A DNA stretch of 64,000 nucleotides from Burkholderiaceae bacterium (GTDB lineage: Bacteria > Pseudomonadota > Gammaproteobacteria > Burkholderiales > Burkholderiaceae_D): NCBI GenBank assembly GCA_035995725.1, contig DASYKE010000069.1:7665-71664 (forward strand), read 5' to 3'. Shown here piece after piece: positions 54,482-64,000 of the stretch (its first letter is position 1; every line of letters starts with the position of its first letter). Under the pieces are notes generated by a model. It made no database searches, was not told the origin of the DNA, and saw only the letters and a program-made list of their open reading frames with translations. The translations under genes and the position numbers were made by a program.

Positions 54482-56983
54482 ATGCAGCACAAGCTCCTTG
54501 CACGTCAGTTGCGCCGCGCCTTCGGTCTGGTTCGCCCGGAAGAGCTTGATACGCTGCTCGGCACATTGCAGGCTGGTGGTGTGGCGGCATTCGTGAATGG
54601 TTTCGGCGAACTTTTGCAAGCGATAGACCAAAGTTACCGACAGTACGACCGCGATCTGGATTTGCGTACCCTCAGCCTCGAAATCAGTTCCGATGAGCTG
54701 ATTGTCGCCAACGACAAGTTGCGTTCCGAGGCCGCACGGCAGCGGCAGGCGCTGCATTCGCTCCAGAGTACCCTGCAGCGCCTGACCGACGGCAAACCGT
54801 CTCCGCAGGGTGATGCATTCGATGACGATTTCCTGCTGTTGATGAAAGAGCTGGAGGCTCTGGTGAAACAGCGCGAGGATGCCCGCGACGCATTGGCGGA
54901 AAATGAAACGCGTATTCACCGCATTTTGGAAAATCTGCGTGAAGTGGTGTTCCAAATGAATGCCGACGGCATGTGGACTTACCTTAATCCGGCGTGGGAA
55001 CAGATTACCGGATTCAGCGTGGACAACACTTTAGGTCAGAATGCCTTTTCTTTTGTCCATCCTGAAGACCGCGATCGGGGCATTGAACAATCCATGCTGT
55101 TAATCAGCCGGGAAAAGGAGTTCTGCCGGTATCAATTGCGGTATCTCACCAAGGACGGAGGTCATCGCTGGCTGGAGGTTTTCGCTGCGCCGATTGTGGG
55201 CGAAAACGGTACGATCGGCGGAGTGAGCGGTACGCTCAACGATATTACCGAACAGAAGGTGGCGCAGGATCAGCTGAGCACCAGCGAAGAGCGGCTCAAG
55301 CTGGCTCTGCTGGCGTCGGATACGTCGTTGCTCGATTGGGATTTGACGGAAGCGCATCCATACATCGATCCGAAGTGGGCTGTCGCCCTCGGCTACCATC
55401 TGGAAGCCCCGATATTGCTGAATATTGACTGGCTCAAGCAAATCCATCCCGACGACCAGTCGCGCTGGCACGAGCAAATGGCCCAGCACCTGCACCACGA
55501 ACGCTCCGATCTGGATATGGAATTGCGCTTTGCCACTTGTCAAGGCGGATGGCTTCATGCCTCCTTTCGCGGGAGGATTGTGGCCTGGGATGGCGAAAAA
55601 GCCCGTCGTTTAGCCGGTGTATTGCAAGATATCACTGAGAAAAGGCGCTCCGATGAACTGATATGGAAACAGGCGAATTTCGACATATTGACCGGCCTGC
55701 CGAACCGCGGGTTATTTCGCGACCGGCTGAATCTGGAAATCATTAAAGCGCAGCGTGATAATGGTCAGATGGCGCTTATTTTTGTTGATCTCGATCGATT
55801 CAAGGAAGTCAACGATACGCTGGGGCATGACGCGGGCGACTTGCTGCTGATAGAAGCTGCGCGCCGTATCCAGCAATGTGTGCGCGCATCGGACACGGTG
55901 GCGCGCCTGAGCGGAGACGAGTTCACGGTCATTCTGCCGGGCTTGAAAAGCAAGAAAGTCGAATACATAGTTCAGAAAATACTTGACCGTCTGGCCGAGC
56001 CCTTCCAAATTAGAAATGAAGTAGCATATCTTTCCGCCAGCATCGGTATCACGCTTTATCCGACTGATGCTACCGAGCCGGAAAGCCTGATCAAAAACGC
56101 CGACCAGGCGATGTACGTTGCAAAAAGAGAAGGCCGCAACCGGTTCAGTTATTACACGAGATTAATGCAGGAAGACATACAGACGCGGCTACGGTTAAGC
56201 ACCGATCTGCGATCTGCACTGGCTACCGGCCAGTTGAAGGTGCATTTCCAGCCGGTATTGGATCTGTCAACAGGATGCATTGTCAAAGCAGAGGCGTTGT
56301 TACGTTGGAACCACCCTACGCGCGGGATGGTGCCGCCTGCCAAATTTATCCCTCTCGCAGAAGAGTACGGCCTGATAGATGAAATCGGTGACTGGGTATT
56401 CAAGGAGTCCGCATCCTGGTCTGAGCGCTGGAGTAGTCAACTGGGGCAGCCGTTTCAGATCAGCGTCAACAAATCGCCGATCCAGTTTTTGACAAAGGCC
56501 AACCGTACATCGTGGCCCAGGCATTTAACGGAATTAGGCTTGCCTGGCAGCTGCATCGCCGTTGAAATAACGGAGGGTCTGTTGCTGAATGCTTCTCCTG
56601 CAATTGCCGAGCAGCTGCTGCAGTACAAGGAGGCAGGAATCCAGGTAGCGATTGATGATTTCGGCACAGGCTACTCGTCCATGTCTTATCTCAAGAAATT
56701 TCACATCGATTACCTGAAAATCGACCAGTCTTTCGTGCGGGACATGGCAACTGATCCAGGGGACCGGACAATTGTCGAGACCATTATTCTCATGGCACAC
56801 AAGCTTGGTTTTAAAGTGATCGCCGAGGGGGTCGAGACAACGTTGCAAAGAAACCTGCTTGCTGCGGCCCATTGCGATTTCGCGCAGGGTTATCTATTTT
56901 CCCCGGCCGTCTCGCCTGAGGAGTTTGAGAAATTCTTGCATAAACAAGAGCGCCATACCAATCTCAGTCCGATGAAACTGTAA
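54482..56983 (+). CDS. PAS/PAC-GGDEF-EAL c-di-GMP signalling protein
   Basis: N-terminal coiled-coil linker module, two PAS-like regions, LSGDEFTVIL with an upstream RxxD (RASD), plus EALLRWNHP and DDFGTGYSSMSYL. Confidence 0.85.
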   Translation: MQHKLLARQLRRAFGLVRPEELDTLLGTLQAGGVAAFVNGFGELLQAIDQSYRQYDRDLDLRTLSLEISSDELIVANDKLRSEAARQRQALHSLQSTLQRLTDGKPSPQGDAFDDDFLLLMKELEALVKQREDARDALAENETRIHRILENLREVVFQMNADGMWTYLNPAWEQITGFSVDNTLGQNAFSFVHPEDRDRGIEQSMLLISREKEFCRYQLRYLTKDGGHRWLEVFAAPIVGENGTIGGVSGTLNDITEQKVAQDQLSTSEERLKLALLASDTSLLDWDLTEAHPYIDPKWAVALGYHLEAPILLNIDWLKQIHPDDQSRWHEQMAQHLHHERSDLDMELRFATCQGGWLHASFRGRIVAWDGEKARRLAGVLQDITEKRRSDELIWKQANFDILTGLPNRGLFRDRLNLEIIKAQRDNGQMALIFVDLDRFKEVNDTLGHDAGDLLLIEAARRIQQCVRASDTVARLSGDEFTVILPGLKSKKVEYIVQKILDRLAEPFQIRNEVAYLSASIGITLYPTDATEPESLIKNADQAMYVAKREGRNRFSYYTRLMQEDIQTRLRLSTDLRSALATGQLKVHFQPVLDLSTGCIVKAEALLRWNHPTRGMVPPAKFIPLAEEYGLIDEIGDWVFKESASWSERWSSQLGQPFQISVNKSPIQFLTKANRTSWPRHLTELGLPGSCIAVEITEGLLLNASPAIAEQLLQYKEAGIQVAIDDFGTGYSSMSYLKKFHIDYLKIDQSFVRDMATDPGDRTIVETIILMAHKLGFKVIAEGVETTLQRNLLAAAHCDFAQGYLFSPAVSPEEFEKFLHKQERHTNLSPMKL

Positions 56984-57070
56984 AATTCGCCTGAATGATT
57001 TCTGTCGGCATCATAAGATCGCGGATCTGCCGAACTCTTTGGAATTCAGATTGCCGAAATTTCTTTTCAA

Positions 57071-57883
57071 TCACGCATAAGCTTGCGTTCTAAAAATTTC
57101 GAGAGCGGTTTGTTTAAGGGCTATGAATTCCGCCGACGTCGTGATATCGACGGCACGGGGTCTAGGTGCAGCGAAGGGCAAAATGTCCGCAATGATGGTC
57201 GGTCGGCGTGACAGCATGAGAATGCGGTCCGCCAGATACAATGCTTCCTCCAGGTCGTGTGAAACCAAAACCACCGATAGCGGCTCATCCACCAGCACGG
57301 CCTGAAGCCGCTCGCGAATCTGCATTGTCATTTCGTAGTCGAGCGCTGAAAATGGCTCGTCAAGAAACAGTACTTCGGGACGCGTGGCCATCGCACGCAT
57401 GATGCAGATGGTTTGCTGCTGACCGCCGGACAGCTCATAGGAATATCGCGAGACATCGAATTTGACGTCAAATAAGTCCAGTAGCTGAGCCACCCGCTCT
57501 CCGATCGCTTTTTTGCTCCAGCCGCGCAGCTTCATGGGATACTTTACGTTATCGATTGCGCTCATCCACGGAAACAGCGCGTCCCGATAGTTTTGGAACA
57601 CGTAGCCGATATTCGTTTCCTTAAGCGTCTTTCCGGCAAACAGGATTTGCCCGGCGTCGACAGGAACCAGACCCGCGATCATGTTCATCAAGGTTGATTT
57701 TCCACAGCCGTTGGGACCAAAGATAGAGGTGACTTGGTTTTTTGGGAAATCCAGGTTGAGATCCTGATAAAGCGCCTGGCCGGCAAATGATTTGTAAAGT
57801 CCGCGAATGGTGATGTGCGCATCGCGCGGCGGCAGTAGAGCGGAAGCGGTACTGAAAAGCGTCTTGTCGCTGACCGCATTCAT
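57071..57883 (-). CDS. ABC transporter ATP-binding protein (NitT/TauT family)
   Basis: Walker A GPNGCGKST, signature LSGGQQQ, Walker B LFLDEP. Confidence 0.85.
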   Translation of the reverse strand: MNAVSDKTLFSTASALLPPRDAHITIRGLYKSFAGQALYQDLNLDFPKNQVTSIFGPNGCGKSTLMNMIAGLVPVDAGQILFAGKTLKETNIGYVFQNYRDALFPWMSAIDNVKYPMKLRGWSKKAIGERVAQLLDLFDVKFDVSRYSYELSGGQQQTICIMRAMATRPEVLFLDEPFSALDYEMTMQIRERLQAVLVDEPLSVVLVSHDLEEALYLADRILMLSRRPTIIADILPFAAPRPRAVDITTSAEFIALKQTALEIFRTQAYA

Positions 57884-58650
57884 GCCCGGCCGCTCCAGTG
57901 GATAAATTTCTTCTCGAGGCCGAGGAACAACATGTTGAGTCCATAACCGAATATACCGGTCAGCAGGATCGAAGCGTACATATTTTTGATATTGAGTACC
58001 TGCTGGGCATCGATAATACGATGCCCCAGACCGGTTTCAGAGCCTATGAACATTTCAGCCACGATCACGATCACCAGGGCGCTGCTGATCCCTGACCGCA
58101 AACCGACCATGATTTGTGGAAGGCTTTCCAGCAAAAGGACATCCCGAAAAATTCTGTAGCGGCCGGCTCCCATTACCTGTGCTGCCATCAATCGTGTCTT
58201 GCGCGCCTGCATCACTCCGTAAGCGCTTGTAAACAAGATTACAAGAAACGCTGCGAAGCTCGCGATCGCCACCTTATTCATATCGCTGATGCCAAAGATC
58301 AGCATGAAGAGCGGAATGAGCGCGCTGGCCGGCGTTGAGCGAAAGAAGTCGATCAGAAACTCGCAAGCGCGATAGAGCGGGGCTGCGCTTCCAAGGAAAA
58401 CGCCCAGCGGTACGCCCAGTAGAGCCGCCACCACGAATGCCTGGAGCGTGCGCATCAACGTCGCGACCAGATCAATCAACAGCCCGCCATTCGCGAGATG
58501 ATGAAACATATAGCTCAGCGTGTCAGCAGGAGGAGGCAAGAGAATTGCACTTACCCACTTCGAAGTGACCGCGATATGCCAGATCAAAATCAGAAAGACC
58601 GGCCCGCTTAATGGAAGCCAGCGTGAAACATGCCTCGAAAGGGCCGGCAT
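57880..58650 (-). CDS. ABC transporter permease (NitT/TauT family)
   Basis: Six-TMS BPD-type permease. The ATG at 58650 (MPALSRH) avoids a 70-nt overlap with the SBP gene. Confidence 0.8.
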   Translation of the reverse strand: MPALSRHVSRWLPLSGPVFLILIWHIAVTSKWVSAILLPPPADTLSYMFHHLANGGLLIDLVATLMRTLQAFVVAALLGVPLGVFLGSAAPLYRACEFLIDFFRSTPASALIPLFMLIFGISDMNKVAIASFAAFLVILFTSAYGVMQARKTRLMAAQVMGAGRYRIFRDVLLLESLPQIMVGLRSGISSALVIVIVAEMFIGSETGLGHRIIDAQQVLNIKNMYASILLTGIFGYGLNMLFLGLEKKFIHWSGRA

Positions 58651-58654
58651 ACGG

Positions 58655-59647
58655 TTACGCTTTGTAAAGCAGTTGCGCCGCGTTGATCTGCTTGTCGAAG
58701 ACCTTGCGATCGGTAAACAAGTCAAAGAGCTTTTGTATAGCCATGATGTCGCTGTTTTTCACTTCGCTATGCGCGATGAATCCACTGATCGGTACTTCCT
58801 GAGCCACATTTCCTTCGAGCGCCGTGTAGCCGGTGAGATGCTTGTTCGCCTGCAGCCCATTTTTTCGCACATAATCGACGCCCGCGCCATACGCTTTGAG
58901 AAACCTGGGAACAAGCTCTGCCTTATCCTTGATCGTTTTGGCCGACAGCGCCGCTGCACCGCCGATCCAGGCAATATTCGGGTCGCCTAACGCGTAACGC
59001 GATACTACGCCAGCACCGAGCGAGCGTGTCACACCTTGAAGCCGACCGATCACAGCGCTTGGTTCGAGCACATATGCAGCATCAACCTGACCGGAAGCGA
59101 GCGCGGGAATCAATTGCCCTATCGGCAGTTCTACAACCTGGAAGTTTGTGTTGCCGCTGCGTTCAAGAATCGTCTTGGCCAGAGTAATGTTGTTGATTCC
59201 GGGTCCGCAAGCCACTTTCTTGCCGGAGAGTTCCTTGATCGATTTGATGGATGAGGCAACCGGCACAATCATCTGGTCAAGCACATATTTCTCATTGGCG
59301 AAATTAAGACAGACCAGCTTCAGCATTCCGGGCGACAGCGCATCTGCCAATGCTAGCGCGGTAATGGCTACGCCGTTGGCGCAACCGTCGATGCGTCCGG
59401 CAATCAGAGCTTCCACGGCTTGATTGGGTCCGGCGAATCGCACCGGCTCGACGTTGACCCCCTCCGCCTTGAACATGCCCTCATTCAGCGCAGCGAAAAA
59501 CGGCAGCCCCGCTGCAATCGGCCAATACCCTATGAGCAGTTTTTTTTCCTGCGCCGATGCGCTCAATGGCATCCCTGCCGCTGCAATCGCGACAGCGGCG
59601 AAAGCAGATTGAAGGAGATCTCTGCGGGAACGATTAAACGGATACAT
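58655..59647 (-). CDS. ABC transporter substrate-binding protein (NMT1/THI5-like, NitT/TauT family)
   Basis: Tat/Sec-like leader (RRDLLQSAFAAVAIAAAGMPLSASA) followed by an SsuA/NMT1-like sequence. Confidence 0.8.
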   Translation of the reverse strand: MYPFNRSRRDLLQSAFAAVAIAAAGMPLSASAQEKKLLIGYWPIAAGLPFFAALNEGMFKAEGVNVEPVRFAGPNQAVEALIAGRIDGCANGVAITALALADALSPGMLKLVCLNFANEKYVLDQMIVPVASSIKSIKELSGKKVACGPGINNITLAKTILERSGNTNFQVVELPIGQLIPALASGQVDAAYVLEPSAVIGRLQGVTRSLGAGVVSRYALGDPNIAWIGGAAALSAKTIKDKAELVPRFLKAYGAGVDYVRKNGLQANKHLTGYTALEGNVAQEVPISGFIAHSEVKNSDIMAIQKLFDLFTDRKVFDKQINAAQLLYKA

Positions 59648-60036
59648 AAGATATTTTCCTGAAATGATTGCCTGTATTCGCTAAGCAACCTGCATGCCAT
59701 GGCTTCTATTCCGCATATACGGAGGATCACACTCCGGCGCACCATGCCGGACAGACTTGACGCTGCTCCGCACCTCTGCGGTGCATTTTCAATGCGCCTC
59801 TGCGGCACTTCTTAATAATGGCGGTGCAAATATTCATCGAGCATTCATCGAGCGCCGCCACTTGTTGATCAGTCCGCCTGCATCACGGTGGATTCAGTGG
59901 TTCACCCTTGAAAATAGATGGCACGTCGATTGCATACACACAAGCGACTATTAGACCGAATACCTGCGCCGTATCGCGACTATTCAAGCAATGGCAACAC
60001 AAGCGGCAGCCACGCCGGGCCGTCCGCGAAACATGA

Positions 60037-60147
60037 AAGTGCATTGGTACTGCCTCGATGATCGAGAAGATGCCGGCAGCCGGCGCCAAACTGGAAGGGA
60101 AAACCGTTACCGATGAACTCGCTTATAGCCGCCTTCACCATGGCTAG
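60037..60147 (+). pseudogene. possible amidase-signature-family gene remnant
   Basis: A short open frame encodes ...AAGAKLEGKTVTDELAYS..., resembling the conserved AGA-x3-GKT-x3-E-x-A segment upstream of the amidase signature. It is bounded by stops, and the GGSSGG region is absent. Confidence 0.3.
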
Positions 60148-60236
60148 CCATCAAATCCAGACTTGGGTACGCGCCATTGAGGGTTTGAAAGCGGCCCTGG
60201 CGCACGTTAGCAAGACCAATGTTCGTCAGGTGCTGC

Positions 60237-61247
60237 ATGGACTATAAAGTCTTCGAAGCCGGCAATGTCGTGCTGCAATCGGGCATGACCATGCGCGCTG
60301 CCCGAATTGCGTACCAGACCTGGGGCACTCTCAATTCCGACCGCTCGAATGCGATTTTATGGATGACTCCGTTTGCTGCGCACCACACCGACATTGCCTG
60401 GATGGTCGGTCCAGGCCAGGCGCTTGATCCCGACAAATATTTCATTATTACGCCGAATCTGTTCGGTAACGGTTTGTCATCATCCCCAAGCAACGCGCAG
60501 CCGCCATTCGACGGCATCCGCTGGCCGCATTGCACGGCAGCCGATAATGTCATGGTGCAGCAGCGGCTGTTGCAAGAAGTGTTTGGCATTGAGCGCCTGG
60601 CACTCGCGTGTGGCTGGTCAATGGGCGGCATTCAGGCATATCACTGGGCGGCCCTGTTTCCAGATCGTGTAGAACGCCTTGCGGTAATCTGCGGCTCTGC
60701 CAAGACATCGCCGCATAACCAGGTATTCCTGGAGGGCGTCAAAGCCACGCTGACCGCAGATGCTGCTTATAGGGATGGCCGCTTTGTCGGCTTTCCTGAG
60801 CGCGGTCTGCGCGCATTGGGGCGCGTGTATGCCGGCTGGGCCATGTCACAAACTTTCTATCGCAATGAGCTGTGGCGCGCCACCGGCTGCTCGTCGTTGG
60901 AGGACTATCTCGTGTCCCAATGGGAGGCGAACTTCCTGCTGCGCGATCCGGCCAATTTGCTCGAACATCTTTGGACCTGGCAGCATTCCGACATCAGTGC
61001 CAATGCGCTTTATAACGGTGACCTCAAGCAAGCGCTTGGTGCAATCGAGGCGCAGGCGCTGATCATGCCGTGCGAGACAGATCTTTATTTCCAGGTTGAA
61101 GACAATCGGCGCGAGGTTGCGTGCATGCGTGCCGCGCGCCTGTTGCCGATTCCATCCGAGTGGGGACATCGCGCCGGTATGCCGTTGCACAACCGTGAGG
61201 ATGCCGGGTTCATCAATGACTCGCTCAGGACCTTGCTGGCCGGCTGA
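60237..61247 (+). CDS. alpha/beta hydrolase, homoserine O-acetyltransferase (MetX)-like family
   Basis: MetX-like N-terminus ([19 protein letters not shown]) and nucleophile elbow GWSMGG followed by [11 protein letters not shown]. Shorter than canonical MetX. Confidence 0.7.
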   Translation: MDYKVFEAGNVVLQSGMTMRAARIAYQTWGTLNSDRSNAILWMTPFAAHHTDIAWMVGPGQALDPDKYFIITPNLFGNGLSSSPSNAQPPFDGIRWPHCTAADNVMVQQRLLQEVFGIERLALACGWSMGGIQAYHWAALFPDRVERLAVICGSAKTSPHNQVFLEGVKATLTADAAYRDGRFVGFPERGLRALGRVYAGWAMSQTFYRNELWRATGCSSLEDYLVSQWEANFLLRDPANLLEHLWTWQHSDISANALYNGDLKQALGAIEAQALIMPCETDLYFQVEDNRREVACMRAARLLPIPSEWGHRAGMPLHNREDAGFINDSLRTLLAG

Positions 61248-61292
61248 ACTGCCGGCTTGTCGAGCCCACCGGAAGTGCTGGCCGGCCCGGGC

Positions 61293-62306
61293 TCAGTCGA
61301 CTCTTACTTTCGCGCTCTCGACTACTTTGCCCCAGCTTTGAAATTCCTGCTCGGTCATGCGTGCGAATTCGTCAGCCGGCGTGAACTTCAGTTCGACACC
61401 TTGTATTTCCAGACGCTGTTTTAAATCGGGCGCGGCAAGTACGGTTTCGATTGCCCTCGACAAGGTGGCGATGACCGCCGGCGGCGTGCCTCTGGGAACG
61501 GAAAAGCCATACAGGTTGTTGGCTTCGAAGCCCTTGACGCCGCTCTCGTCGACCGTGGGCACATTTGGCAGCGATTCCACGCGTTTGCCGGAAGCGACGG
61601 CAAGCACGCGCAGCTTGCCGGATTTTATATGCGGCAACGACGCAGGAATGCTGTCAAACATCATGCTCAGGGTGCCCGTGATCAGATCGGGCAATGCCTG
61701 CGAACTGCCCTTGTACGGTACATGCAGGACATCGACGCCGGTCACTATCTTGAATAATTCGGATTCGAGATGCGAAAGCGTGCCGGCACCCTGCGAGGCG
61801 AAGTTGTACTTGCCGGGAGCTGCTTTGAGATAGCTGACCAGTTGGCCGACATTCTGCACCGGCAGCGATGCCGGCACCACCAGAATATGTGGCACCGTCC
61901 CAATGCCCGCAACCGGCATGAAATTCCTGATCAAATGCGCCGGTTGCGCCGGATAAGCCGCTGCAGCGATCGCAAGATTGGTTACCGCGGCCAGATAAAT
62001 AGTGTAGCCGTCCGGGCTGGATCTGGCGGCCGCGGCCAGACCGATGCTTCCTCCCGCGCCAGGACGATTGTCAACCACGACGGGCTGGTTCAGTGCTTCC
62101 GACAGTTTCTGCCCGATGGCACGCGCCAGGATGTCGGTGGCTCCAGCCGGAGGAAATGACACCACGAGCTGGATCGGGCGCTCGGGATAAACAGCATGCG
62201 CGCTGCCAGCGAACAGTGCGACTGTCGCAAGGGCGAATGCAGCGAGCACGCGGCGCGCTGCCGTTGGCGGGATAGGACAGGCAAGGGAAATGAGGCCGGA
62301 ATTCAT
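61293..62306 (-). CDS. Bug-family substrate-binding protein (TctC-like)
   Basis: Signal peptide, then YPERPIQLVVSFPPAGATDILAR. Confidence 0.85.
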   Translation of the reverse strand: MNSGLISLACPIPPTAARRVLAAFALATVALFAGSAHAVYPERPIQLVVSFPPAGATDILARAIGQKLSEALNQPVVVDNRPGAGGSIGLAAAARSSPDGYTIYLAAVTNLAIAAAAYPAQPAHLIRNFMPVAGIGTVPHILVVPASLPVQNVGQLVSYLKAAPGKYNFASQGAGTLSHLESELFKIVTGVDVLHVPYKGSSQALPDLITGTLSMMFDSIPASLPHIKSGKLRVLAVASGKRVESLPNVPTVDESGVKGFEANNLYGFSVPRGTPPAVIATLSRAIETVLAAPDLKQRLEIQGVELKFTPADEFARMTEQEFQSWGKVVESAKVRVD

Positions 62307-62503
62307 GTTGTGCTTTCGAAGGAAGGAACGGAATAGGTTCCCGACCGTTAAACGGCAGGCATCAAGCTTATGCGAGCGTTACGTATGCGCGGCGGCATGG
62401 GCAACGGCTTCTGCAGTTTCAAGAGGTCGACTGTATTTAAAATTGGCAATTTGCATGCCAGGCGAAATTCGAATTATTTGCTGCAAATAGGGGATGTGTC
62501 GTT

Positions 62504-62523
62504 AAAAAAGCGGATCGACCGCC
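62504..62523 (-). terminator. weak candidate Rho-independent terminator
   Basis: The minus strand reads ggcgg-tcgat-ccgct followed by ttttt. The stem is short (4 GC pairs plus 1 GU). It lies about 180 nt downstream of the methyltransferase stop. Confidence 0.25.
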
Positions 62524-62701
62524 CTATTTTGTAGCGCTCGGCTGCAGCTTCGCGCCGCATGCTGGCATCCGGTACTGCCGCTGCCGGAGGTGGCATGAAC
62601 CATGCCAGCGCCGAACACGATGGGCAACAGCATGACCGCTGTCGGGAGTTTGAGTTACCTTGTGTCAGGCACGATTTGCGGTCGTTAATGGGGTTGTTAA
62701 C

Positions 62702-63598
62702 TTACGGCTTGATGAATTTGAGGACGAACTCGTCTTTGGGCTGTGGCGGCTCGGGCGTGTTTTTGTCGCGCGGGTCGGACGGGTTGCGCAGGAAGTTGCC
62801 TTCGTCAATCAATCTGAACCCGGCCGACTCGACTTCCTTCTTCAGGAAGGCTTCTTCGATACGATGCAGGGTCCCCGATTCGGAGATGCCGGTGCCAGGC
62901 CGGCCGGAGTGGTCTGCGATAACATAAATACCTCCGGGTACAAGCGCTGCAAACACCGCCTTGTTCATTTGCGCCCGATCCACACCCATGTGACCGAGGT
63001 CATGATAGTTGAACATTAATGTGACGAGGTCAAGTCCGTTCGATGCAACTGTTGCAGGGACCGGATCCTCAAATTTCCGCACGACTGGAATGATGTTGCC
63101 GGCCGCCGGATTTTTGGCCCGTTCAGCCAAGACTACCGATGACGGTGGAGGCCCCGCCGGACGCGGCGCTGCTGCCGGAGAGGATGCAGCAGCGGGCGAC
63201 GCAGTTCCCCCTTCAGTTGCCGCCGGGGGCGGAACATTTTGATTGCGCGGCGCACTTTGTCCGTACACACGTCCAGTGGGACCAACCGCGCGCGCAATGA
63301 GTTCGGTCGTATAGCCGCCGCCGGCACTCAAATCCAGCGCAACCATACCGGGCCGCACACCGATGAACGCCAGCATTTGGTCAGGCTTGCGGCGGATATC
63401 GTTGGTGCGGTCGGCTGCACGGCGATCCGGACTGGCCAGAATATCGGCAATGCGTTCGTTTGAAAGCTTGTCGGGGCTGGCTGCAGGCGTTGTCGCGCTC
63501 ATATTTGAGCAGGCGCCGGACATCAGCATAACTGCGGCAAGTATTGCCGTCGAACAATGCGGCTTCAATGCAGCGTAAATCCCGGTGGTCTGTTTCAT
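62702..63598 (-). CDS. exported class I SAM-dependent methyltransferase-fold protein, probable lipoprotein
   Basis: Lipobox MSGAC and SAM motif I (VALDLSAGGGYTTE). A P/A-rich insertion separates motif I from the rest of the fold. Confidence 0.65.
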   Translation of the reverse strand: MKQTTGIYAALKPHCSTAILAAVMLMSGACSNMSATTPAASPDKLSNERIADILASPDRRAADRTNDIRRKPDQMLAFIGVRPGMVALDLSAGGGYTTELIARAVGPTGRVYGQSAPRNQNVPPPAATEGGTASPAAASSPAAAPRPAGPPPSSVVLAERAKNPAAGNIIPVVRKFEDPVPATVASNGLDLVTLMFNYHDLGHMGVDRAQMNKAVFAALVPGGIYVIADHSGRPGTGISESGTLHRIEEAFLKKEVESAGFRLIDEGNFLRNPSDPRDKNTPEPPQPKDEFVLKFIKP

Positions 63599-63715
63599 GG
63601 TGGCTCCTCCATTGAATATTAGTCAAATGTACAGTACATCCGGGGAGTTTGCCGATAAGTGCATTAGCCGCCGGCGGCACGGGGTTGTCGCGCCCCGCAG
63701 CATGTTTTTTGATGC

Positions 63716-64000
63716 TTATTTGTAGCCGGCCACCGTGTCAAGAATCTTGGCGACGCGTATTTTTGCATCGCTCGTCGCGGCTGCGTCGTAGCCTACATGC
63801 GGGTTCAGCTCGACGCAGGCATCCTTGTAGCTGAACGGCTGTTTTGTTTCGGCGTTAATGAGTACGCCGCCGGATTCCTCGCGAATTGCGCAGCGGCGCA
63901 CGGTCTGCGCATCTTTCGATACTGCAGGCGGGACAGCGCCAAGCGGATTGTCGAATGAATGCGGCGCATTCGGATATTCGATCAAATCGATATTGCGTCC
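63716..64000 (-). CDS. dienelactone hydrolase family protein (C-terminal part; gene runs off the window)
   Basis: The frame is open to the window edge. The C-terminal region has YPNAPHSF, typical of the dienelactone hydrolase catalytic-His segment. Confidence 0.55.
   Translation of the reverse strand, partial: GRNIDLIEYPNAPHSFDNPLGAVPPAVSKDAQTVRRCAIREESGGVLINAETKQPFSYKDACVELNPHVGYDAAATSDAKIRVAKILDTVAGYK

Noticed and set aside
62502-62633. 43-codon minus-strand ORF (MLLPIVFGAGMVHATSGSGSTGC..) downstream of the methyltransferase.
   Set aside because: It has no RBS, and its end coincides with the weak terminator hairpin. It is too short to evaluate without comparative data.

Overview
This is a dense, GC-rich chromosomal segment with about 55 protein-coding genes. 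Gene content points to a betaproteobacterium, probably Burkholderiales: three orphan Bug/TctC binding proteins, a GspA-GspB pair, family III CoA-transferases and an EmrRAB-NodT efflux operon. That assignment is inference only.

Gene content, left to right:
- Housekeeping and stress genes: msrA, then a co-directional MFS-hemerythrin-pdxH-cfa block, tcdA, a sensor GGDEF-EAL protein, thpR, guaC and a lipoprotein metallophosphoesterase.
- A SilP/CopF-type copper P-type ATPase with a truncated MerR stub beside it.
- gspA-gspB, and a PQQ-type sugar dehydrogenase.
- A CoA-transferase / enoyl-CoA hydratase / quinone oxidoreductase / Bug operon.
- Pirin, a second hemerythrin, and serC-serA.
- A regulator-less acid-catabolic cluster of about 12 kb: Bug, PrpD-family, ADP-forming acyl-CoA synthetase, acyl-CoA dehydrogenase, hydrolase, class II aldolase, two 2-hydroxyacid dehydrogenases, citryl-CoA-lyase-like protein and CoA-transferase.
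- A MarR-controlled divergent cluster built around a class IA Rieske oxygenase and a PDR-type reductase.
- emrR-OMF-emrA-emrB, a FIST plus PAS-GGDEF-EAL pair, and a NitT/TauT-type ABC transporter.
- A MetX-like hydrolase, another Bug protein, an exported methyltransferase, and a partial dienelactone hydrolase at the window edge.

I found no rRNA, tRNA, CRISPR array, transposase, integrase, phage gene or recognisable defence system.

The most unusual signal seen directly in the sequence is a family of short repeat modules. One module is a 15-nt exact match and another a 25-nt exact match between loci, and one locus carries a perfect 21-bp inverted repeat. The modules fill the guaC-thpR spacer and also sit in frame inside the linker-coding regions of gspA and gspB.

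The best candidate for uncharacterised biochemistry is the Rieske / Gfo-Idh-MocA / aldolase-fold cluster, together with its secreted alpha/beta-hydrolase-fold protein of unknown family. All functional calls rest on motifs I recognise in the supplied translations. No database search was possible.
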